Origin: an uncultured Gammaproteobacteria bacterium
GTDB taxonomy: Bacteria > Patescibacteriota > Patescibacteriia > JAHIZJ01
Assembly: GCA_964371245.1 (NCBI GenBank)
Contig: CAYJKP010000002.1
Span: 178,306 to 242,305 of the forward strand
Length of the DNA: 64,000 bases
Reading direction: 5' to 3'
Of this stretch, positions 56,970 through 64,000 are shown piece by piece. Under the pieces are notes generated by a model. That model searched no databases, had not been told where the DNA came from, and was given only the letters and a program-made list of their open reading frames with translations. Within the stretch, counting starts at the first letter, position 1. Each line of letters begins with the position of its first letter. The position numbers and the translations under genes were made by a program.

Positions 56970-57809
56970 ATGGACGGAAATCCGGGTAACGTCGTCCTGC
57001 CCGACGTGCTGCTTGGTGAAGCGAGAAGCCGGTTGATCGTGGCGATTGACACCCCCGAGATCGACGGAGCTCGGCTGATCGCCAGGACTTTGAAGGGACA
57101 TGTCGGTCTCGGAAAAGTGGGACTCGAGATTCACTACAGTCACGGCGCTCCGCAGACCGTCGAAGCAATCGGCGGATTGGACACGATGGTGGACGGGAAG
57201 TTCCACGACATCCCAAACACCGTCGGCGGTGCAGTTACCGGTATTCTTGGTGGCGATCGGCACCTTCTGATCCGAATCCTGAACGTTCACATTTCCGGTG
57301 GCCTGGAGATGCTGAAGAGGGCGGTGGCCGCACGGGACAAGATCTGGGAAGAGACTGGAGAGACCAGCTTGCCGCGGCCGCAGCTTCTCGGGGTAACCAT
57401 CCTGACCACGCAGAAGTACAGCGACTTTGTGGCCATGGGTTTTGCGCCGAATCTCGGTCCCGATAAGGTGACGGCGACGGAGAATCTGTGGCTGCAGCAG
57501 CGAGTGCTCGATATGAGCGCCATGGCCAGGGAAGCAGGTCTGGACGGCGTGATCGTGCCAGGACCGTTCGCGGCGGCCGTTCGCGAGAAGTTCGGACCGG
57601 ACTTCGTCATCCTCTGCGCCGGCATCCGTTTTCCGGAGGGCGACCAGCACGACCAGGTGCACATCGCCACGCCCCAGGGCGCGATCGAGAACGGCGCCAC
57701 GTACGTGGTCATGGGTCGGGCTTTGACCGAAGCGCCTGAACCGGCAGCGGCAGCTGACCGCGCTGTCCATGAGATCGCTTTGGGTTTGCAGACGATCCGG
57801 TCGCGCTGA
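56970..57809 (+). CDS. pyrF: orotidine 5'-phosphate decarboxylase (high GC)
   Basis: LIVAIDTP (substrate-binding Asp), DGKFHDIPNTV (catalytic Lys) and C-terminal VVMGRAL motifs. SD GGAGGA 8 nt upstream. Confidence 0.8.
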   Translation: MDGNPGNVVLPDVLLGEARSRLIVAIDTPEIDGARLIARTLKGHVGLGKVGLEIHYSHGAPQTVEAIGGLDTMVDGKFHDIPNTVGGAVTGILGGDRHLLIRILNVHISGGLEMLKRAVAARDKIWEETGETSLPRPQLLGVTILTTQKYSDFVAMGFAPNLGPDKVTATENLWLQQRVLDMSAMAREAGLDGVIVPGPFAAAVREKFGPDFVILCAGIRFPEGDQHDQVHIATPQGAIENGATYVVMGRALTEAPEPAAAADRAVHEIALGLQTIRSR

Positions 57810-57856
57810 CCGCCTGCAACCAACCGCCGATCTTGCTACCTGAAAGGAGTGGTATC

Positions 57857-57955
57857 GTGCCCGCATGGCTGGTCGTAGCATTCGTGCTACTCGGACTGTA
57901 CGCTGGTAGCATGGGCGACGTTGAAGACGCCGGAGACATGCCGCCTTCCCCGTGA
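57857..57955 (+). CDS. tiny hydrophobic peptide ORF (32 aa, GTG start, single TM)
   Basis: SD AAAGGAG 7 nt upstream. Peptide VPAWLVVAFVLLGLYAGSMGDVEDAGDMPPSP. Too short for homology-based support. Confidence 0.3.
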   Translation: MPAWLVVAFVLLGLYAGSMGDVEDAGDMPPSP

Positions 57956-57986
57956 GCCGCACTCTTCGGCGTTGAAGGAGGGCTAA

Positions 57987-58076
57987 ATGCCCCACCAATT
58001 GATCATTGCCGGAAGCGTTCTTCTCGGCCTGGCCGCGCCAGTCGTTCGGTGGCTGGTCCTGAAGAAACGCTCCTAG
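57987..58076 (+). CDS. tiny hydrophobic peptide ORF (29 aa, single TM, basic C-terminus)
   Basis: SD GAAGGAGGG 5 nt upstream of ATG. Peptide MPHQLIIAGSVLLGLAAPVVRWLVLKKRS. Followed directly by a terminator. Confidence 0.3.
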   Translation: MPHQLIIAGSVLLGLAAPVVRWLVLKKRS

Positions 58077-58078
58077 TT

Positions 58079-58111
58079 GCCCGAAGAGTCCGCTCAACGG
58101 GCATTTTTATT
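58079..58111 (+). terminator. rho-independent terminator
   Basis: GCCCGaagagtccgctcaaCGGGC + ATTTTTATT. A TTGACA -35 box follows immediately. Confidence 0.5.
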
Positions 58112-58237
58112 GACAAAATAGCGTATGATACTATAAGCTGTCAGGACAGTGCATTCCGATGGAATGAACTGTCACCCACGATAACCCAACTACCGTACCG
58201 TGAACGACCGTGATCACATCAGGACTTTCTAGAGGGA

Positions 58238-59440
58238 GTGTGCCTCGCTATGGAGCCGCAACTTGCACAACGCGTTGAGAATGTCCAGACCGAAAACGCG
58301 TTCGTGACCTTCAAGAATGGTCTCGCTATCCAGGCGGAGATCGATCGGGATCCGACCAGCCATCCTTTCGACCGAGTGATTTTCCTTTGCCTCGGCGAAC
58401 CCGATTTCCGGACGCCCAGACACATCTGCCGCGCGGCCATCCGTGCCATCCTGGCCGGCGTCCACCATTACGGACCGGCGGCCGGTCAAGCGCTCTTGCA
58501 GGAGGCTATCGTCCGGCGTACCCATGACACGCTGGGGCTCACATACGACCCCGACTGTGTCGTCGTGACGCCGGGCGCCAAGCCGCTCATCCTGTATACG
58601 CTCCTGGCCTGCGTCGATCCCGACATGGAGGTCGTCTACCCGAATTCCGGCTTCCCCATCTACCCTTCCGCCATCGATCTCATCGGCGCGCGCCCGGTAC
58701 CGATCCAGCTGCGGGAAGAGAATGGCTTCCAACTCGATCCGGACGAGCTGGAATCGTTGATCACCGACCGCACGCGGCTCATCATTCTCAACACGCCGCA
58801 CAATCCGACAGGCAGCGTGCTGAGCCGCGATGTTCTGCGTGAAGTCGCTCGGATCGCAACCAAGTACGGGATCTGGGTTCTCTCGGACGAAGTCTACGAT
58901 CGAATCATCTACGACGGGCTGGAGCACGTGTCGATCGCGCAAATGCCCGGCATGCAGGATCAGACGGTCATCATGAACGGTCATTCGAAAGCCTATGCCA
59001 TGACCGGCTGGCGCGTCGGCTACGGCGTCATGCCAAAGCGTCTGGCTGCAAAGATGACCCGCCTCCAGACCAATGTCACGAGCTGCACCAGCGTGATCAT
59101 GCAGGCCGGGGCACTGGCTGCGATCATGGGCGAGCAGGAGTGCGTCCAGACCATGGTCAGCGAGTTCGATCGACGCCGGCAGATCATCGTCGGCGCGATC
59201 AATGATATCCCCGACATTTGGTGCCGCCGCCCGGGTGGCGCATTCTACGCCTGGGCGAATGTCAGCGAGATCACGGACGACTGTGAAGCCTTCGCTGACG
59301 ACGTACTCAGAAAGAAGGGCGTTGCCATCGGTGCTGGCACGCACTTCGGCCAGGAGGGCTACGTGCGTTTCTCGTTCGCCAACTCGATCCCGAATATCAA
59401 GGAAGGCATCCACCGCTTCCGCACGTATCTCGGGAGATAG
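58238..59440 (+). CDS. pyridoxal-phosphate-dependent aminotransferase, class I (aspartate/aromatic aminotransferase family)
   Basis: NTPHNPTG and PLP-lysine context GHSKAYAMTGWRVGY. 400 aa. Confidence 0.85.
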   Translation: MCLAMEPQLAQRVENVQTENAFVTFKNGLAIQAEIDRDPTSHPFDRVIFLCLGEPDFRTPRHICRAAIRAILAGVHHYGPAAGQALLQEAIVRRTHDTLGLTYDPDCVVVTPGAKPLILYTLLACVDPDMEVVYPNSGFPIYPSAIDLIGARPVPIQLREENGFQLDPDELESLITDRTRLIILNTPHNPTGSVLSRDVLREVARIATKYGIWVLSDEVYDRIIYDGLEHVSIAQMPGMQDQTVIMNGHSKAYAMTGWRVGYGVMPKRLAAKMTRLQTNVTSCTSVIMQAGALAAIMGEQECVQTMVSEFDRRRQIIVGAINDIPDIWCRRPGGAFYAWANVSEITDDCEAFADDVLRKKGVAIGAGTHFGQEGYVRFSFANSIPNIKEGIHRFRTYLGR

Positions 59441-59727
59441 CTCTGTCACCCGCCGCCGCGCAACGCATTGTTGCTACCGGCGGTTTTTCTTACCTAGCGG
59501 AAATTGTTAATAAATGTCTTTATAAAAATTATAGCGATATTTATACACAGCCTGTTGATAAATTTCCTTGACACCCATACGGCACGGGACTAAGGTGGAA
59601 ACAACGATATCTGTGAGGCGATGAAGCGTAGTACTTAATTGGTCGCTTAGCCATCCTAGTTAAATAGAGGAGGGCTGGGACTACGCGGAGCCAGTAGCGA
59701 AACCGATCACGATTTCACTGACTTATC

Positions 59728-59755
59728 AGCCTCACTTTGTTGAGGTTTTTGTCTT
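59728..59755 (+). terminator. rho-independent terminator closing a ~150-nt ORF-less unit
   Basis: CCTCActttgtTGAGG + TTTTTGTCTT. Upstream at ~59567 there is TTGACA-17-TAAGGT. Confidence 0.4.
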
Positions 59756-59929
59756 ATATTGGGCAAAAAACTCAAGCATCCCACTCTTATCCGAATACAT
59801 CCCTCGGGTAAGTCAGGGTGCTGGAGGGATTACCCTGCCAAACGCACCTTGAGATTTTAACCACGGATAATTCGCAGAGTGTCTCTAAACCCGCAGCCAC
59901 GGAATCGTCCCGATCAGAAGGAGGGAGCC

Positions 59930-60682
59930 ATGCACCGACTCAGTGTCCTCTGTTGCATCGCCCTGGTAGCAGTGTTCAATGCCAGCTGCGCCCAGGCGAC
60001 CGAACCGTCAACCACAACCCGTGGCCCGGTTTGGGCCTACGGCGCCGAAGTCCAAGGCGAGGCCTGGTTTGAGGAACGCGAGGGCGTTTCCTACTACCAG
60101 GGAAGGTATCAGTACTGGCCGCGCGCCCACAGGGAGGAGGCGCCGGCTGCTCTGACGGAACTCGACCCCCTGACCGCCCACGCGTGCGAAGTGGCTGGCA
60201 CCGTCCTCGATGAGGCATCGGCGGCCGCCGGTAGCGCCGTGACGCAGTCCGACTGGGAACGTCTCTACACGCAGGTGCTGGAGGCGCACCGCGATGTCGT
60301 CATTTCCTACACACCGAACGGCCGGACCATCGCAATCGAGTTCGCCAATCTCCCGGTCAAGTACGTCATCAGCTGCCCGGTCAATCCCGCGCGGTCCGGC
60401 CGGATTGCGTCGGATCCCGACAGCGTCCGGCAAACCCAGGTCGATCGCTTCTGGAAGTTCTACAACAACGGGTCCTGGGTCTTCTGGGGCTCCGACTACT
60501 TCATGGTCGTGCCGCCGATCTGGCAGGCAAAAACCATCGCCGCCATCGACAGCGTGACCGCTCTCAAGAACAGCGGGCTCCAGGGCGAAGCGCTCACCCG
60601 CGCTATCGTCGCCATCGACATCAAGAACACCGCGCTCGAAGAGGACAACTTCGTCAGGGACCTGATCAGCGAGGGGAGGTAA
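59930..60682 (+). CDS. hypothetical secreted protein / putative lipoprotein (high GC)
   Basis: SD GGAGGGAG. Signal peptide MHRLSVLCCIALVAVFNASC with a lipobox-like FNASC. 250 aa. Confidence 0.5.
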   Translation: MHRLSVLCCIALVAVFNASCAQATEPSTTTRGPVWAYGAEVQGEAWFEEREGVSYYQGRYQYWPRAHREEAPAALTELDPLTAHACEVAGTVLDEASAAAGSAVTQSDWERLYTQVLEAHRDVVISYTPNGRTIAIEFANLPVKYVISCPVNPARSGRIASDPDSVRQTQVDRFWKFYNNGSWVFWGSDYFMVVPPIWQAKTIAAIDSVTALKNSGLQGEALTRAIVAIDIKNTALEEDNFVRDLISEGR

Positions 60683-60686
60683 GGCC

Positions 60687-62165
60687 ATGCGCATCCTGAA
60701 GCTCTGTTTGTTCAACATCTTCGGGCTCGCCTGTCTCTTCACCTGCGCTCTCGCATCACAGCCCGAACCGCCCGGCCAATGCAAAACGCCGGGCGCCTAT
60801 TTCGCCCGTCTCGAAGAGCCCTGGCAGTTCATCAACGGCGCGCAGCCTGACGCGGAGAACGCGCTCAATCACCAGGGATACACCTTCGTCTGGCACGGGA
60901 ACCCCGACACCACATTCTACCCTGCCTTGCCGGACCCGACTCTGACGGAGTTCGTGTCTGACATCGGGGCAGACGCTGGGGCATTCTTCCTAAGTGGAGA
61001 CTCTGACAACCAGTGCACTGCTGTCGAGGTCTACCCACACACCACTCGCGGACGTCGGCTCGCTCTCGCTGCTGGCCAGAACTATGCCAACCACGGCTTC
61101 AGCGGCGAGGTATACCTCTACGAAGACGCCTGGCAGAGCGGCTGGGCAGTCGCCTTGTCTTGGTCTGGAGTATCATCGCGCTGTAACTTCAACGACGCGA
61201 TCGTAGACATCGAGACCTGCATCAGCACCGCCTCGGGAACGTGGACCGGAGCCAGAGTGGAATTCGTCAATGACGACTATCTCTCTGACTCAGAGAGCTT
61301 CACGAACACGGACGCGATCTGGGGCGGGCTCGACGGACAGGACGGCTGGAAACGCCGAACGGCCAGTTGGGGCTTTGCCCACGCTTCTTCCAAGTGCCAC
61401 ATGCGCGAACCGCAGACCGACGGGGGCAAGACGACGCTGGCCCCCTGCGTGAAGTGGTTCAACTTCGACCACGGCGACCAGATTCCCGACCAGGGCCTTG
61501 ATCTCCAGGTCCTCTTTGACACCGAGATCACGACGGTCGGAGGTGCGCTGAGCGCCTTCGAGGTCACCCGACCCGGAGGCGATCCAGTCACCTTCACCGT
61601 GACAAACGCCCAGCTGGCGAATGACACGACTCTGACCGTCCACGTTGCGCCTGTCACCGGTTCCTTCGGCGCCTCCTACCTCTCCGCCCTCTCGAACAAT
61701 ATCGTCAGCAAGTGCAACAGCAATGCCCATCTCGACGGTAGCCAAGAGGGCGGTCCTGACGACATGACCTGGCGGCTGAAGCACGGCCAGGATCCGGCGG
61801 CGGAGATTTGCACCTTCGCCGTCGACGAGAACGGCCTCGCCCGGTGGGAGGTCTCGTCCGAGTATCGAACCGAGAAGTACCTTGTCCAGGGCCTCTCCGG
61901 CGCTGACTGGGTAACGCTCGCTACGATTCCGGCCGGCCAGTCCCACTATGAACAGTCCGTCGGCGCCGGCTACCCGGCCTATCGCCTGATCGAAGTCGAA
62001 ACCGGCGGCCACGAGATCATGCAGGAGACTGCCGTCGCTCATCCGATCCCGACTGCAGCACCGGACACGCTTCTGACCGATGACCAACTGCGAGCACTGC
62101 TCGACGAGAAAGAGCATAATCGCGGTGGCGGAACACCGTCCTGCGGGCGCGGCGGCGACACCTGA
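60687..62165 (+). CDS. secreted protein, N-terminal portion of a probable T9SS cargo (signal peptide present). Ends at in-frame TGA
   Basis: Signal peptide MRILKLCLFNIFGLACLFTCALA. Same reading frame as the downstream ORF. See finding. Confidence 0.5.
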   Translation: MRILKLCLFNIFGLACLFTCALASQPEPPGQCKTPGAYFARLEEPWQFINGAQPDAENALNHQGYTFVWHGNPDTTFYPALPDPTLTEFVSDIGADAGAFFLSGDSDNQCTAVEVYPHTTRGRRLALAAGQNYANHGFSGEVYLYEDAWQSGWAVALSWSGVSSRCNFNDAIVDIETCISTASGTWTGARVEFVNDDYLSDSESFTNTDAIWGGLDGQDGWKRRTASWGFAHASSKCHMREPQTDGGKTTLAPCVKWFNFDHGDQIPDQGLDLQVLFDTEITTVGGALSAFEVTRPGGDPVTFTVTNAQLANDTTLTVHVAPVTGSFGASYLSALSNNIVSKCNSNAHLDGSQEGGPDDMTWRLKHGQDPAAEICTFAVDENGLARWEVSSEYRTEKYLVQGLSGADWVTLATIPAGQSHYEQSVGAGYPAYRLIEVETGGHEIMQETAVAHPIPTAAPDTLLTDDQLRALLDEKEHNRGGGTPSCGRGGDT

Positions 62166-62195
62166 AGCTTCGTCATCATCGCAGCCCCACAGTTT

Positions 62196-63641
62196 GTGGG
62201 GGACAGCCAGTACATGTCCAACTACTGGACAGCGAAGGGCTACACCGTCACCATCGTCTCGACCTCTAGCTTCGGCGGCGACATCCTGAACGGCGTCAAG
62301 AACTACGTCCGAAACAACTCCGCCCAGTACTTCCTGCTCGTCGGCGACTACTCCGACCCAGCCTGGGGCGGTTCGCTCTGGAACGCCAACGGCTGGCCGA
62401 CCATCTACCAGGGGTATCTACAGGACGGTTACCCGTCCGGCGGTAACCCCACTCACAACCTGATCCCGACCCAGGTCGTACCGGATCCGTTGCCGCGGAA
62501 CCAGAATATGGCGTACTTCGCGCCCTACTGGTTCTTGAGCGACATGATCCTCTACGGCGATACGGACGACAACGGACTGCCCGACAAGACGGTCACCCGC
62601 CTGCCCTACACCACTGCCAGCCAGTACCTGAATCACATCTGGAACATGGAGTACTACAACGACGCCGGTTATCCGGCGGACTCGTACCAGGTCCAGTTCT
62701 TCGTGGGCGATGTGGATCACTACGAGGACGGCGAGGGCGACTTGGCGGTCGCCATGGCCGACAGTATCACCTCGATCCTGCCGGGCTACCAGTACGTCAA
62801 CCGCATGCTGGAATCGACCTATTTCGACGCCTACACCAGGGCGCTGATGGCGGCCCAGCGCTGGAACTCGGACCTCGAGCTCGTCATCTTCGCGAGTGCC
62901 ATGGGGAATCGGTACAAGCCGGGGAATTTCTTCTCGGTCAGCGCCGGCTTCTCCATGAGCATGATCTACTCCGGAACCTGGTGCCCCTGGGTTATCGGCA
63001 GTTCCTGCGACACCGGCGATGAGTTCTTCGTGATGCATCCAAGCTACCAGGAAACGGTCCTCAACCGGTTCCTGACCGCCTCGAACAAGGGTGCGATCGG
63101 CTGGGCTGGACCGACCGCCGGGACCTGGCAGGACGCGAACGTCGTTATCGCTGCCACGATCGTGCACCGCATCTACGAAGATCCATCTCGCCCGGTGGCT
63201 GAGAGTATCCGCTTGGCGCTGTGTGATATCCTGATCGCGTACGATCCTGAGACGCATCCGGACATCGTGAACACCGCCTTGTCGTATGCTGCCTTCTGCG
63301 ATCCGCTCACGCCGTTCCTGCACGCCAATCACGTCGTCGCCGTGGACGAGCAGAGATCCGACATCCAGCTGACTCTCGCCCAGAACCGTCCGAATCCCTT
63401 CGGCGGACAGACGGCCATTCGGTTCACGCTGCCTCAGGCCGGGCCGGTCAGCCTGCGCGTGTATGACGTGGCCGGGCGAGTCGTCCGTACGCTCATCAAC
63501 GGTCTGAGCCAGCCCGGTGCCTACCAGGCCGTCTGGAACGGAATGAACGACGACGGTCGGCTGGTCAGCCAGGGCATTTACTTCGCCCGTCTCGCGGCCC
63601 AGGGTCGCGAACTCGAGCGCAAGTTGGTGCTGATGCGCTGA
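62196..63641 (+). CDS. C-terminal portion of probable T9SS cargo protein (protease-like catalytic region + type-A T9SS C-terminal sorting domain)
   Basis: Last ~85 aa (NRPNPFGGQTAIRFTLPQAGPVSLRVYDVAGRVVRTL...SQGIYFARLAAQGRELERKLVLMR) match the T9SS CTD consensus. No signal peptide of its own. Listed start is an alternative codon (GTG). Confidence 0.55.
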   Translation: MGDSQYMSNYWTAKGYTVTIVSTSSFGGDILNGVKNYVRNNSAQYFLLVGDYSDPAWGGSLWNANGWPTIYQGYLQDGYPSGGNPTHNLIPTQVVPDPLPRNQNMAYFAPYWFLSDMILYGDTDDNGLPDKTVTRLPYTTASQYLNHIWNMEYYNDAGYPADSYQVQFFVGDVDHYEDGEGDLAVAMADSITSILPGYQYVNRMLESTYFDAYTRALMAAQRWNSDLELVIFASAMGNRYKPGNFFSVSAGFSMSMIYSGTWCPWVIGSSCDTGDEFFVMHPSYQETVLNRFLTASNKGAIGWAGPTAGTWQDANVVIAATIVHRIYEDPSRPVAESIRLALCDILIAYDPETHPDIVNTALSYAAFCDPLTPFLHANHVVAVDEQRSDIQLTLAQNRPNPFGGQTAIRFTLPQAGPVSLRVYDVAGRVVRTLINGLSQPGAYQAVWNGMNDDGRLVSQGIYFARLAAQGRELERKLVLMR

Positions 63642-63763
63642 TCCGTGGAACCTTGAACCTTTGACATCTCGGTGGAATGGCTTCATCCGAAGTCACTCCA
63701 CCATTTTCTCAAGGGCTGAAGAAATCAGCTTGCCTCTAATAAAAAATGAAAGGGGGTGACAGC

Positions 63764-63955
63764 ATGAAAAAATTTATTTTTGGCCTCATGGTCGCCATTA
63801 TGATTGCCGGAAGCATCGGCGCTTTCGTCATCATGACAAAAGCGCCGGCGCAGGCCCGACCACTCGAATACTCCATAGATTGTTCCTGGGGCGAAATCAA
63901 GGATTGCTATGGCGGTGGTTGTAATCACTGTTGCCCGGAAAACTGCAAGCCGTAG
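63764..63955 (+). CDS. small secreted Cys-rich peptide (signal peptide + 6-Cys ~30-aa mature region)
   Basis: SD AAAGGGGGTGA. Signal peptide MKKFIFGLMVAIMIAGSIGAFVIMTKAPAQA. Mature part has C-x8-C-x4-C-x2-CC-x3-C. The same SD motif recurs at 63980-63997 ahead of an ATG at the window edge. Confidence 0.4.
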   Translation: MKKFIFGLMVAIMIAGSIGAFVIMTKAPAQARPLEYSIDCSWGEIKDCYGGGCNHCCPENCKP

Positions 63956-64000
63956 CCGTCACGATGTATAAATAACGTGTGAAAGGGGGTGAAAACAATG

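Noticed and set aside
56946-58097. 383-aa minus-strand ORF overlapping pyrF
   Set aside because: Antisense shadow ORF in a ~65% GC region. pyrF on the plus strand has diagnostic motifs and an SD. The minus ORF has neither.
58229-59449. 406-aa minus-strand ORF overlapping the aminotransferase gene
   Set aside because: Complete antisense overlap with a gene carrying clear PLP-aminotransferase motifs. Arg/Ala-rich composition typical of high-GC shadow frames.
62163-62165. Genome-wide TGA reassignment (genetic code 25) or selenocysteine as the explanation for the in-frame TGA
   Set aside because: TGA functions as a normal stop in conserved genes here (for example the ECF sigma gene ends ...ACGGCC TGA at 5087-5089). 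No SECIS-like element at the canonical distance and no obvious selenoprotein family. Kept only as a readthrough or pseudogene hypothesis.
60008-63686. Long minus-strand ORFs (60008-60784, 61290-62117, 62418-63686) opposite the secreted-protein genes
   Set aside because: Antisense shadows in a high-GC block. The plus-strand frames carry the signal peptide, SD sites and a T9SS C-terminal domain.
1-64000. CRISPR arrays, rRNA genes, transposases/integrases
   Set aside because: No regularly spaced direct repeats, no rRNA-like conserved stretches, and no transposase or integrase motifs were found by reading the sequence. The only tandem repeats are coding (ISGSG repeats, hexamer repeats).

Overview
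This is a bacterial chromosomal segment with dense, mostly operonic coding and mosaic GC content. It is probably an uncultivated lineage. The genome uses strong sigma70-type promoters (TTGACA-17-TAGTAT/TATAAT) and many clean rho-independent terminators. Recognisable housekeeping genes are ruvB, queH, queA, gyrA, rpmF, nusB, rnc, pyrF, an aspartate-type aminotransferase, an ECF sigma factor, Hsp20, an ABC ATPase/permease pair and an inositol monophosphatase. There is a large cell-envelope toolkit: an M23 peptidase, a C39-like peptidase, VanW, a SpoIID protein and an N-acetylmuramoyl-L-alanine amidase that share NTG-x-W Ig-like repeats, and a Wzx flippase-GT4-two O-antigen-ligase cluster. The most striking element is a ~2 kb low-GC (~32%) island at 36.2-38.3 kb, marked by an abrupt GC drop between ~55% GC flanks, with its own promoter. 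It carries a DGQHR-motif (DndB/ParB-like) protein followed 8 nt later by a 3-TM membrane protein. No Dnd or Dpd partner genes are present, so this is a candidate uncharacterised two-gene defence or abortive-infection module. Other second-look items: a high-GC module with a 1449-aa fused double-ASKHA activase/dehydratase-like protein next to an archaeal-type GAPDH-family dehydrogenase; a secreted T9SS-tailed protein split by an in-frame TGA with a downstream hairpin; a ~1 kb protein-free stretch holding two promoter-terminator ncRNA-like units with mutually exclusive helices; a CsrA-like gene with a 21-aa insertion; twin tiny hydrophobic peptide ORFs with strong Shine-Dalgarno sites; and several palindromic or structured intergenic elements. 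I found no rRNA, no confident tRNA, no CRISPR array and no transposase or integrase. Motif coordinates that I located by hand-counting may be off by 1-2 nt.
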